A stretch of 64,000 nt of DNA from Chlorobiota bacterium. Lineage in GTDB: Bacteria > Bacteroidota > Bacteroidia > Bacteroidales > JAADGE01. Made by a program: the position numbers and the translations under genes. The notes under the pieces are model-generated. The model was not told the DNA's origin. It saw nothing but the letters and a program-made list of their open reading frames with translations, and did no database searches. Position 1 is the first letter of the stretch. The number at the start of each line of letters is the position of its first letter. The DNA lies in assembly GCA_013152535.1 (NCBI GenBank), contig JAADGE010000012.1:1026-65025 (forward strand), given 5' to 3'. Shown piece by piece: positions 1 through 9,656 of the stretch.

Positions 1-965
<965 letters not shown>

Positions 966-981
966 TTGTTGATTTTTTTTA

Positions 982-1014
982 AGACCCTGCGGGTTTTCAA
1001 AACCCGCAGGGTCT
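982..1014. repeat. REP-like perfect palindrome, family A, copy 1
   Basis: AGACCCTGCGGGTTTT-C-AAAACCCGCAGGGTCT has 16-bp perfect arms and lies 17 nt after the glpK stop. Near-identical copy at 2781-2811 and degenerate copy at 62301-62340. Confidence 0.9.
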
Positions 1015-1045
1015 GTTTTGAAAATATGTTAGAATTAGACCAATT

Positions 1046-2770
1046 ATGAAATATAAAAAAATAACAAGTAGTGAACTTACCTCTCTTATTATTCAAATGG
1101 ATCCGGTAATATTTGAAAAAATTGAGTTTACAGAAAATATAAATATTCATAATAAAGAAATAAAATTCATCAATTGTCTTTTCCTTGAGAACGTTGAATT
1201 ATCAACCGATATTTACAATAAATTTTTAATTAAAAATTGTGTTTTTGAAAAGAATTTAAAATTTAATAAAACAGTTAATGAAATTAACCTTAAAAACAAT
1301 ATTATTAAAGGAACTTTTTTTATATCAGAAGCAACAAGAAATATATTTATAGAAAAAGGAGATTATAATGAAATAACTGTACAAAGTTCTAAAGCTGCTT
1401 ATTATGTAGGTGATGTTTTTAAAATTAGCAATGCTAAATGTGATTTCATAAAGTTTGAAGGGGAAGACTTGAACAGAGTTTTAGAATTTTCAAATTCTGA
1501 AATTGAAACTATTATAATTGAAACAAATAATGTTAGTCATGAAAATATAATAATTAAAGATGAATCAAAAATTAATTATTTATTCTTTAATAATAATCAC
1601 ATTAATATACCATATGTTTTTGATTTTGACAATGCATATGTTTTTCATTTTGCTTTTCAATCTTGTTCTTTTTCTCATCGGTTAGAATTTGCAAAAGGTA
1701 AAATTGAAGAACTAAATTTTCATAAAGTTACTTTTAAAGAACAAACAATAATATCTGAACATTTTATCGTTGGTATTTTCAATTTTAATAGTGTTAAATC
1801 AGAATATGAAATTAGTATTGCATATCATTCTAAAATCGGAACATTAAATATTGATAATTGTGACTTGAATTTATCATTTTGGATTTTTGATGAAGAAAAA
1901 AGAGATTTAGAAAATAAAATTAGTATAAAAATTGGTGGAACATTTAATGGGAATATTCATATTGAAAATATTCCTGCAAATATTCATTTATCTTGTATTA
2001 ATTCAGGAACTATCTTTTTAAATAATATTTATTCAAAACTTATTATATTTCAATATTTTTTTAATTATAACAAACTTATATTAAACAATTTTAAACGAGA
2101 TAAAGACTATAATGCTTTAATTATTTCAGAATCAAATTTAAACGAAACAGAGTTTGTAAATTTTGATTTTGATAAATTTGATGAGGTGGTAATTTCCAGA
2201 AGTAATGTAAGTAATATGCTTTTGACCAATACTATTTTCCCAAAAAAAATACAAATTGAAAGCAAAAATCCACAACTTGGATACATTGTAGACTTTGAAG
2301 ATAACATAGGAAAAAATGTATATTTCAGAGATAGCTATCGACAATTAAAAAATGTAATGGAGAAACATAAGAATAAACATGTTGCATTAATTTATAAGTC
2401 AAAAGAAATGTACTACCAAAAAAAAGAATTGAAGTTTGGTTTTAATTGGTTTACTCTTTTGTTAAATCAGATTTCTAATAATCATGGGATTAGTTGGCAA
2501 AGAGGTGTTTTCTTTACAATTTTATTATCTGTTATTTTTTTTATTTTATATAATTTTACTTTGGCAGATCCTTTTTTTTATTGGGATAATATTGTTATTA
2601 ATAAACAAAATGTATTTGACAAGTTTATTGAATTTTTAGCTTCTTTTCCAAAATTGTCAATTGTAAAACAAGAAACAACATTATCGACAATTGTTATTAT
2701 TTTGTCTAAAATTTTTATCAGTTATGGAATTTATCAAACAATAGTTGCATTTCGAAAATACGGAAAATAA
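1046..2770 (+). CDS. Hypothetical AT-rich protein with an N-terminal beta-solenoid/pentapeptide-like repeat region and C-terminal transmembrane helices
   Basis: 574-aa ORF with repeated F-x-N-C-x-F and I-x-N-S motifs. The C-terminus SNNHGISWQRG-TM...TM-IYQTIVAFRKYGK is hydrophobic. Much more AT-rich than its neighbours. Confidence 0.8.
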   Translation: MKYKKITSSELTSLIIQMDPVIFEKIEFTENINIHNKEIKFINCLFLENVELSTDIYNKFLIKNCVFEKNLKFNKTVNEINLKNNIIKGTFFISEATRNIFIEKGDYNEITVQSSKAAYYVGDVFKISNAKCDFIKFEGEDLNRVLEFSNSEIETIIIETNNVSHENIIIKDESKINYLFFNNNHINIPYVFDFDNAYVFHFAFQSCSFSHRLEFAKGKIEELNFHKVTFKEQTIISEHFIVGIFNFNSVKSEYEISIAYHSKIGTLNIDNCDLNLSFWIFDEEKRDLENKISIKIGGTFNGNIHIENIPANIHLSCINSGTIFLNNIYSKLIIFQYFFNYNKLILNNFKRDKDYNALIISESNLNETEFVNFDFDKFDEVVISRSNVSNMLLTNTIFPKKIQIESKNPQLGYIVDFEDNIGKNVYFRDSYRQLKNVMEKHKNKHVALIYKSKEMYYQKKELKFGFNWFTLLLNQISNNHGISWQRGVFFTILLSVIFFILYNFTLADPFFYWDNIVINKQNVFDKFIEFLASFPKLSIVKQETTLSTIVIILSKIFISYGIYQTIVAFRKYGK

Positions 2771-2780
2771 AAGTTAATAT

Positions 2781-2811
2781 ACCCTGCGGGTTTTCAAAAC
2801 TCGCAGGGTCT
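2781..2811. repeat. REP-like palindrome, family A, copy 2
   Basis: ACCCTGCGGGTTTTCAAAACTCGCAGGGTCT differs from copy 1 by one C>T and is followed by the same GTTTTGA. Confidence 0.9.
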
Positions 2812-2845
2812 GTTTTGATAAGTATAGATTCTTATAAAAATATTA

Positions 2846-2955
2846 TTAGAATTAAACCAATTATGAAATATAAAAAAATAATAAGCAGTGAATTTGTATT
2901 ATCCGTGCCACGCTGCAGCGTGGCACGGTTTCTCAGCAATCAAATATTAAATTAA
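2846..2955 (+). pseudogene. Duplicated leader and 5' remnant of the 1046-2770 gene (30-aa ORF at 2863-2955)
   Basis: TTAGAATTAAACCAATTATGAAATATAAAAAAATAATAAGCAGTGAATTT matches 1029-1078. It encodes MKYKKIISSEF versus MKYKKITSSEL, then diverges and stops at TAA 2953-2955. Confidence 0.75.
2903..2928. repeat. Perfect 26-bp GC-rich palindrome, family B (REP-like)
   Basis: CCGTGCCACGCTG|CAGCGTGGCACGG has 13-bp arms and no spacer, in an AT-rich background. Confidence 0.85.
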
Positions 2956-2956
2956 A

Positions 2957-3835
2957 ATGAGGCCAAACCAAAAAAAAGCATACATTTACGCAATTTCAGC
3001 AGTCCTGCTTTGGTCAACGGTTGCGGTATCGTTTAAAATTGCTTTGCAATATGTGGATTTTTTGCAATTATTACTTTTTGCATCTTTTACGGCAATTATT
3101 ATATATCTTTTAATTGCTCTGATTAATAATACGCACCGGCAATTATTTAAAGTAACAAAAAAAGCCCTTTTATCTTCGGCATTTATCGGCTTTCTTAATC
3201 CGTTTTTGTATTATGTCGTTTTGTTTAAAGCCTATTCGCTGCTTCCGGCACAAATAGCACAGCCGCTGAACTATCTTTGGCCTGCAGTTTTGGTATTGCT
3301 TTCGGCACCTTTACTGGGCGAAAAATTAAAATTTTTAAGCGTAGTGTCACTTTTAATCGGCTTTCTCGGAGTTTACGTAATTTCAACACAAGGCAATTTG
3401 TTCGGCTTTAAAATTGATGAGCCGCTCGGTGTTGCATTGGCTGCCGGAAGTTCGGTAATTTGGGCATTATCGTGGATTTTTAATCAAAAAGATAAACGCA
3501 AAGAGCAAACAAAGTTATTTTGGAACTTTATTTTCGGTTTTCTGTATATTTTAATTGCAGTATTAATTTTTTCAAAAATTAAATTGCCTGAAACAAAAGG
3601 AATATTTGCCGTTATTTATGTCGGATTTTTTGAAATGGGCATAACGTTTTTCTTTTGGCTGAAAGCATTGCAACTGACCGAAAGAAACGATAACATCAGT
3701 AACTTAATCTTTTTTTCGCCTTTTTTAGCTCTTATTTTCATACATTTTGTATTGGGAGAAACTATTTTTTACACGACATATATCGGTTTGATTTTAATTG
3801 TTGCGGGAATTTTTATTCCGAGAATTCGGAAATAA
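2957..3835 (+). CDS. DMT/EamA family transporter
   Basis: About 10 hydrophobic helices in two repeats, with motifs LLWSTVA, AQPLNYLWP and LIFFSPFLAL. Confidence 0.9.
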   Translation: MRPNQKKAYIYAISAVLLWSTVAVSFKIALQYVDFLQLLLFASFTAIIIYLLIALINNTHRQLFKVTKKALLSSAFIGFLNPFLYYVVLFKAYSLLPAQIAQPLNYLWPAVLVLLSAPLLGEKLKFLSVVSLLIGFLGVYVISTQGNLFGFKIDEPLGVALAAGSSVIWALSWIFNQKDKRKEQTKLFWNFIFGFLYILIAVLIFSKIKLPETKGIFAVIYVGFFEMGITFFFWLKALQLTERNDNISNLIFFSPFLALIFIHFVLGETIFYTTYIGLILIVAGIFIPRIRK

Positions 3836-3889
3836 ACATCTGTAAAGACGGCTTGCGTCGGAAGATTTTAAGACAGAAAACAGATAATT

Positions 3890-4510
3890 TTAAAGTTGTC
3901 CGTTTTCTATTCTGACCACAATTTCTTCAATCCATTTATCTGTTCCGTCCGGATCGTATTCATATTTTAAATTTGTTTGAAAAATTCTTGCAATTCCCTG
4001 CCAAAAAAAAGCCGACACACTTCCTTTAAAATGTTTTACTAATTGATAAGATGTATTACCGGTTTGTCTGTCAACTAATTTTATCAATATCCGTCCTTGA
4101 GAATAAGTCATATTCCGGATATCGCCTTCAAATTCTTTTTTCAGTTGTTTTTCTTTTTCGTTAATATAGTTCCGCCTTTCTCTGTTATTATCCATATGCC
4201 GAAGCACGAATTCCGACTCTGTAAAAATTTGTTTTATAATTACGGAATACGGGTAAACTTTCTTAACATTCCTTACCAATCGATAGTATTTCATTCGTTC
4301 TCGTTGGTTTCTGAATGTTCTCGGCGGATAAATAATTACCGGACTTATATGCACACTGTATATTGTATCTCCTTCGGAATTTATTGTCATTTCCAGTATT
4401 CCGCCGCCCTCTTTTTCAATTTTATCCAAAAGCTCAACAGCATTAATTTTTTTTTGAGAAAAAAGATGAAAGCTAAGTAACAGAAATAATATTGAAAAAA
4501 AATAACGCAT
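3890..4510 (-). CDS. DUF4294-like secreted protein (Bacteroidota)
   Basis: Signal peptide plus YYRLVRNVKKVYPY, SQGRILIKLVDRQTG and FFWQGIARIF...LKYEYDP. Confidence 0.8.
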   Translation of the reverse strand: MRYFFSILFLLLSFHLFSQKKINAVELLDKIEKEGGGILEMTINSEGDTIYSVHISPVIIYPPRTFRNQRERMKYYRLVRNVKKVYPYSVIIKQIFTESEFVLRHMDNNRERRNYINEKEKQLKKEFEGDIRNMTYSQGRILIKLVDRQTGNTSYQLVKHFKGSVSAFFWQGIARIFQTNLKYEYDPDGTDKWIEEIVVRIENGQL

Positions 4511-4594
4511 TTTATCTTTAACGAAATTTAAAATGATAAAATTATATCAATTTTAATTTTCAGAGCAGTAATAAAGATATTTTTAAAAAAGTTT

Positions 4595-5029
4595 TTAAAA
4601 AATTATATCATTTTTTATGTCTGCAAGAATGCCTGTCTGTTTTTTAAGAAAAGAAACATATTCCATGTCATGCTCTATAATGTGCCCGGGGAGCCATTCC
4701 TTCAAAAAGTCAAGGATTTTATAACCTTGGACTAATCGTGTTGAAGTAACATCAAATAAATTATCGGAAACCATTTTTGTAAAATTTTGATGAGATTTAA
4801 TATGATATGCTTCTTGAGGATAATTATATTTTTTAAATACTCTTTCTTCAGTCGAAAAATGATCTATTGTAAATATTTTTAACTCCAATAACAGTTCATT
4901 AACTAAAGAACCGTCTTTTTCAATTATTACATTTTTATGTAATTTATTTATAATATCAAACAGTTGTTTATGTTGCTTATCTATCTTCGCTATTCCGGTT
5001 TCATACTTTTGTTCCCAATCCAAATACAT
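4595..5029 (-). CDS. Single-domain bacteriohemerythrin
   Basis: W-x4-ETGIAKIDKQH, HFSTEE, HIKSH and HIIEHD supply the complete di-iron ligand set. Confidence 0.92.
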   Translation of the reverse strand: MYLDWEQKYETGIAKIDKQHKQLFDIINKLHKNVIIEKDGSLVNELLLELKIFTIDHFSTEERVFKKYNYPQEAYHIKSHQNFTKMVSDNLFDVTSTRLVQGYKILDFLKEWLPGHIIEHDMEYVSFLKKQTGILADIKNDIIF

Positions 5030-5119
5030 ATGATATCTTTATTTACTTTATTGTTTTCAATTTAATTTTTGTAAAAATACGATAAATGTTATAAAACACA
5101 AGAATTCAAAATTAAAAAT

Positions 5120-5160
5120 ATGAAGTTTTACTGAAATTTAATGAAGTTTTACTAATTTTG
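5120..5160 (+). promoter_or_regulatory. kbl promoter (-7 box TAATTTTG at 5153-5160) overlapped by a 13-bp direct repeat
   Basis: ATGAAGTTTTACT occurs at 5120-5132 and 5141-5153. The box matches the Bacteroidota TAnnTTTG consensus. Confidence 0.55.
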
Positions 5161-5189
5161 AAGACCATTTTAAAATTAAAAATCTTATT

Positions 5190-6416
5190 ATGTACGGAAA
5201 AATAAAAGATTACCTCAGTAATGAACTGCAATCCATAAAAGATGCCGGTTTATATAAAGACGAGCGCATTATTACAAGCCCGCAAGGTGCCGAAATTTCT
5301 CTTACAACAGGAGAAACGGTAATTAATTTTTGTGCTAACAATTATTTAGGCTTATCATCTCATCCTAAAGTAATTGCTGCTGCCAAAAAAGTTTTGGATA
5401 CACACGGTTACGGTATGTCATCAGTCCGATTTATATGCGGAACACAAGATATTCACAAAGAATTGGAATATAAAATTGCCGAGTTTTTCGGTACCGAAGA
5501 CACCATTTTATATGCTGCAGCTTTTGATGCTAACGGAGGTGTATTTGAACCGTTATTCAGCCAAGAAGATGCTATAATTTCCGACGAATTAAACCATGCT
5601 TCCATTATTGACGGAGTAAGACTATGCAAAGCAGCAAGATATCGTTTTAAGCACAGCAACATGGAAGATTTAGAAAGTCAGTTAAAAGTTGCCCAAGCTC
5701 AACGATACAGAATTGTTGTAACCGACGGTGTTTTTTCAATGGACGGAGATATTGCCAAGTTAGATAAAATATGTGATTTAGCAGAAAAATATGATGCTCT
5801 TGTGATGGTTGATGACAGCCATGCTTCCGGATTTATCGGAAAAACAGGAAGGGGTACTCACGAATACAATAATGTTATGAACCGAGTTGACATTATTACA
5901 AGTACTCTCGGAAAAGCTCTCGGCGGTGCTATGGGCGGTTTTACAACAGGAAAAAAAGAAATTATCGAAATGTTGCGTCAGCGTTCGAGACCTTATTTAT
6001 TTTCAAATTCATTATCTCCGGTTATTGTCGGTGCTGCGTTGGAAGTTTTTAATGTTTTAACGGAATCTACTGAGTTAAGAGATAAAGTTATCGGCAATGC
6101 CGAATATTTCAGAGACAAAATGATGCAGGCAGGTTTTGTTATTAAACCGTCCGACTCTGCCATTGTAGCATTAATGCTTTTTAATGCTAAATTATCTCAG
6201 GATTTTGCTTCAAAATTATTAAATGAAGGTATCTATGTTATAGGTTTTTATTATCCGGTAGTTGCAAAAGGTCAGGCACGAATCAGAATTCAACTGTCGG
6301 CAGCTCACGAACAGGAACATTTGGATAAAGCTGTTAATGCCTTCATAAAAATAGGAAAAGAATTCAATATTCTCGGAAAAACCAAAGAAGAGATTATTGA
6401 AATGTACGGAGAATAA
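5190..6416 (+). CDS. kbl: Glycine C-acetyltransferase (2-amino-3-ketobutyrate CoA ligase)
   Basis: NFCANNYLGL, SVRFICGTQD, TLGKALGG (PLP lysine) and RSRPYLFSN. Confidence 0.96.
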   Translation: MYGKIKDYLSNELQSIKDAGLYKDERIITSPQGAEISLTTGETVINFCANNYLGLSSHPKVIAAAKKVLDTHGYGMSSVRFICGTQDIHKELEYKIAEFFGTEDTILYAAAFDANGGVFEPLFSQEDAIISDELNHASIIDGVRLCKAARYRFKHSNMEDLESQLKVAQAQRYRIVVTDGVFSMDGDIAKLDKICDLAEKYDALVMVDDSHASGFIGKTGRGTHEYNNVMNRVDIITSTLGKALGGAMGGFTTGKKEIIEMLRQRSRPYLFSNSLSPVIVGAALEVFNVLTESTELRDKVIGNAEYFRDKMMQAGFVIKPSDSAIVALMLFNAKLSQDFASKLLNEGIYVIGFYYPVVAKGQARIRIQLSAAHEQEHLDKAVNAFIKIGKEFNILGKTKEEIIEMYGE

Positions 6417-6438
6417 TTTTTTATTTTCTGAAAATATG

Positions 6439-6470
6439 AATCTGCCTGTTTATAAACGGGCAGATTTTTT
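6439..6470. terminator. Intrinsic terminator after kbl
   Basis: AATCTGCCTGTT-TATA-AACGGGCAGATT followed by a T run. Confidence 0.8.
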
Positions 6471-6569
6471 ATGTTTAATATTTGTTTTTTTGTATCTTGT
6501 GTATTGAAATGAACATACGGAAGAAACTCTGAAAAAGTACTTAAAGATTGCTAATAACCTGAACTCGGG

Positions 6570-7115
6570 TTAATAAATAAAACTCACTCGGAAAATCGGA
6601 TTTGAATAGGGTGTTTTTTCGTTCAGTAAAACATCATACATCAATGTTGTTAAAACCGCAAAACGATTGCCTAATTGCTGTTTCCATCCTATACCCAAAG
6701 GTAAACCGTCAACAAAAACACGTTTTCCGGTCATTTGTCCCGTAATAATATCATAATCGGCAATATTCAGCATTTCATATTCACCCGTAATGAAAAAATT
6801 AGGTGTAACGTAATATCTGGAAAAGATTTTTCCGCCGTAAATATTATCAGTATAATTAAAGAAACGATTATGTGTGTATAAATAATACATTCCGATACCG
6901 ATATCCGTATTTTCAGTAAGTCGATATCCTATTTCAGGTGTAAATTTAATAATTGTAACTGTTCCGAACTGCAAACCGAAACCGCCGCCTAAAAATAATT
7001 TTTCGGGAAATGTTGATTTCTTTTTAATGTCCTGATAAGTATAGGGGTCATATTCTTGTGCAAAAGAAGACAAATACAGACTAAAAATCAGGCAAAATGT
7101 AAATATTGTTTTCAT
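6570..7115 (-). CDS. Putative outer-membrane beta-barrel protein
   Basis: Signal peptide, amphipathic aromatic strands (FLGGGFGLQFG, PEIGYR) and a terminal aromatic residue. Its start overlaps the upstream stop (TAATG). Confidence 0.7.
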   Translation of the reverse strand: MKTIFTFCLIFSLYLSSFAQEYDPYTYQDIKKKSTFPEKLFLGGGFGLQFGTVTIIKFTPEIGYRLTENTDIGIGMYYLYTHNRFFNYTDNIYGGKIFSRYYVTPNFFITGEYEMLNIADYDIITGQMTGKRVFVDGLPLGIGWKQQLGNRFAVLTTLMYDVLLNEKTPYSNPIFRVSFIY

Positions 7116-8032
7116 TAAAATGTTAAGTGTCTTTTTTTCTTGCTTTCATAAATATCATCAACGGTAACTAAAATTCCGGTTTCTTCAACATCTCCGAAAT
7201 GAGTATTTATTGAAGTGCCGAAGCATCTCATAGTTTTTGATAAACTCATATACGAATTAATTAAGGGCGGAATATTTTCTCCTCTTGCTCGGACTTCTTT
7301 TGACAATATTTTTTTATTCTCGTCAAAATCATGCCCTTCAAAATATTTTACCAATTCTTTTTCCGGATTAAAATAAGTCAACGGTTTAATCGGATAAACC
7401 AGGTGTTCATTATCTTTAAAATGATAATTCATAAAATACAATATCAAATCTCTGGCAAATTTTTCAAAATGTGTGTACATTGTAACTTTTCCGAATAAAT
7501 ATTTAACATTCGGATTAAGTTTAATTAATGCACCTAACCCGTCCCATAAATTGTCTAATGCAAATAAAGTTTTACGACTTCCGTTGGTACTTTGTACTTC
7601 CGGTCTTACAAATGAACGACCCAGTTCAATGGTATAAGGCAAATATTCTTTAATAAATTTATTCGAAAATTCTAATAAACCCTGCGTTGCAAGTTTCAAG
7701 CCCGAATGTTTATCAATAGGAATATTATTTAGGTTTATAAAACGGTAACCTCCGAGTATTTCGTTATCTTTTTGATTCCAAACAATCAATTGATGATAAG
7801 GAATTTCTGCTGTATCATATTCATCAATATCTGCTTCTTTACCGGTTCCTCCTCCGGCATTTCTGAATGTATGCTCTCTTAATCTGCCGATTTCTTTCAT
7901 TATATTCGGGGAATCATGTGCCGTACAAATATATATTTCATTATTACCGTAATTTGTATGACGCATAAATTTATCTTCTGTTAATTCAGATTTTAAAATA
8001 CTTATATCTATCGGAGGAATTATGTCTTTCAT
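7115..8032 (-). CDS. GNAT N-acyltransferase of the OlsB/GlsB (amino-acid lipid) type
   Basis: EIGRLREHTFRNAGGGTG, ELGRSFV, ALDNLWDGLG and IPPLINSYM. It pairs with an O-acyltransferase divergent from mraZ, as glsAB do in Bacteroides. Confidence 0.85.
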   Translation of the reverse strand: MKDIIPPIDISILKSELTEDKFMRHTNYGNNEIYICTAHDSPNIMKEIGRLREHTFRNAGGGTGKEADIDEYDTAEIPYHQLIVWNQKDNEILGGYRFINLNNIPIDKHSGLKLATQGLLEFSNKFIKEYLPYTIELGRSFVRPEVQSTNGSRKTLFALDNLWDGLGALIKLNPNVKYLFGKVTMYTHFEKFARDLILYFMNYHFKDNEHLVYPIKPLTYFNPEKELVKYFEGHDFDENKKILSKEVRARGENIPPLINSYMSLSKTMRCFGTSINTHFGDVEETGILVTVDDIYESKKKRHLTF

Positions 8033-8095
8033 ACTTCAATTGTATTTGAATACAAAGTTAAATAAAAAAATAATAAATTTACTTATTTATCTTTT

Positions 8096-8941
8096 CTAAT
8101 ATTTAAACTCTGTATTTATGTTGCCTGAAAGTTTATATACATGAATTTTTATTTTTTGAGCCCAATCGTATTCTTTAAATTTTGAATTTAATTCTTTATA
8201 AGAAATAGGTTTTCCGATTTTTATTTTATAGACGGCATTTCTCTGTTTTGTTAATTCTTGGGGAAGTAAAAACATCTCTAAATTAGATTTGATGCCTAAA
8301 GCTTTTCTGATGTTTGCAAAATAATAATATTTGTTGCTTAAATTTCCTGATATATAAACGGGAATAATGTCTCTTTTATGTTTAATTGCCTGCCTTACAA
8401 CTGATTTCTGCCATATCAAATCTCTTATCTCCCCTTTATTTCTTCTTGAAACATAGCCTGCAGGGAAAAAAATAACAGGAGCATTCGATTCAAAAATTGT
8501 ATTAATTTCTGTCAAATAATCACGAGGTGTAGTTCCGTATTTATTAACACCCATAAAAAATTCATTTAAATTTTTAACATTTAATAATAAATCATTTACC
8601 AAGGCTTTTGCCATTCCGTATTTAGAAAAACATGTATTAATAATGTACAAACCGTCAAAACTGCCTGCCGGATGGTTTGCCGCAAGAATAATTCTACTGC
8701 TGTCCGGAAAGTTTTCTTCTCCTTCAACTTCAGCTTTTACATTAAAATATTCAAACGACTTCCGTAAAAATTCAATCCCTGTATATTGATTGTTTTTTTT
8801 GATGAAATCATTTAATTCATCCTGTCTGATGATTCTTTTTAAATAATGAATTATAAACTTTGGTAAACGCCTGTAAAGTTTCGGATTTTTATTTCTGATT
8901 ACCTCATTGATGTCAATAAGTGATGTCTGAGAATGCTCCAT
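8096..8941 (-). CDS. PlsC-family (GlsA-like) O-acyltransferase
   Basis: NHPAGSFDG (HX4D), FFPAGYVSR and IPVY. The ATG at 8941 is preferred over the upstream alternative start. Confidence 0.85.
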   Translation of the reverse strand: MEHSQTSLIDINEVIRNKNPKLYRRLPKFIIHYLKRIIRQDELNDFIKKNNQYTGIEFLRKSFEYFNVKAEVEGEENFPDSSRIILAANHPAGSFDGLYIINTCFSKYGMAKALVNDLLLNVKNLNEFFMGVNKYGTTPRDYLTEINTIFESNAPVIFFPAGYVSRRNKGEIRDLIWQKSVVRQAIKHKRDIIPVYISGNLSNKYYYFANIRKALGIKSNLEMFLLPQELTKQRNAVYKIKIGKPISYKELNSKFKEYDWAQKIKIHVYKLSGNINTEFKY

Positions 8942-9107
8942 AAATCTATGTATAAAATACTTTTTATGCAAAAATAATTAAAGCATAACGGCTTTCAAAT
9001 TTATTTTTTTATTAGTTTTTATAAACAGCTGTCTTTTAGTTAAATAGATTAATTTGCAGATTTCCAGGCATATACATTAATTGTTAATATGTATAAAAAC
9101 TTTACTG

Positions 9108-9160
9108 GTGGTGCAAAGTGGTGTAATGTGTTGTAAAGTGGAAATTTTGCATTATATTTG
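9108..9160 (+). promoter_or_regulatory. dcw promoter with MraZ-type operator (four GTG(G/T) boxes at 10-bp period) and -7 box TATATTTG
   Basis: GTGGTGCAAA GTGGTGTAAT GTGTTGTAAA GTGG start at 9108, 9118, 9128 and 9138. TATATTTG is at 9153-9160. Confidence 0.85.
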
Positions 9161-9183
9161 TAATCTCTATTCTAAAATGAATT

Positions 9184-9645
9184 ATGGCAAGCTTTATAGG
9201 AGAATACACATCAAAAACAGATACTAAAGGAAGAATAACTTTTCCTTCCGGTTTAGTAAAGCAATTGCCTGAAGAGCAAACCGAAAAAATGGTGCTGAAA
9301 GCAGACATTTACAAAAAATGTTTGATTTTATATTCTATGGATGAATGGGAACGCCAAACAGCTTTAATTCAAGCAAAAACAAATTCGTTTAACCCGAAGC
9401 ATGCTGTATTCATCAGAGAGTTCTATAAAGGAACGGCAGAAGTTAAATTAGATTCAAACAGCAGAATATTAATTCCGGCTAAATTAGCCGCGTATGCACA
9501 AATAGAAAAAGAAGTGTACTTGTTCGGTCAAAACCGGAAAATAGAAATTTGGGCAAAAGAGAAATATGAGAAAGAACGTCTCAATGCCGAAGATTTTGCT
9601 GAACTTGCAAAGGAAATTATGGGTGGCGAATTACCCGAATTATAA
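9184..9645 (+). CDS. mraZ: Division/cell wall cluster repressor MraZ
   Basis: Two DxKGR/DxNSR-type AbrB repeats and IEIW. First gene of the dcw cluster. Confidence 0.93.
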   Translation: MASFIGEYTSKTDTKGRITFPSGLVKQLPEEQTEKMVLKADIYKKCLILYSMDEWERQTALIQAKTNSFNPKHAVFIREFYKGTAEVKLDSNSRILIPAKLAAYAQIEKEVYLFGQNRKIEIWAKEKYEKERLNAEDFAELAKEIMGGELPEL

Positions 9646-9656
9646 TAACAATATCA

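Noticed and set aside
982-2811. Family A palindromes as a CRISPR array or integron attC sites
   Set aside because: Only two nearby copies, 1.8 kb apart. No cas or intI genes, and no RYYYAAC/GTTRRRY ends.
9108-9141. 10-bp periodic GTGG repeats as a CRISPR remnant or novel tandem repeat
   Set aside because: Position and periodicity match the known MraZ operator upstream of the dcw cluster, and there are no spacers.
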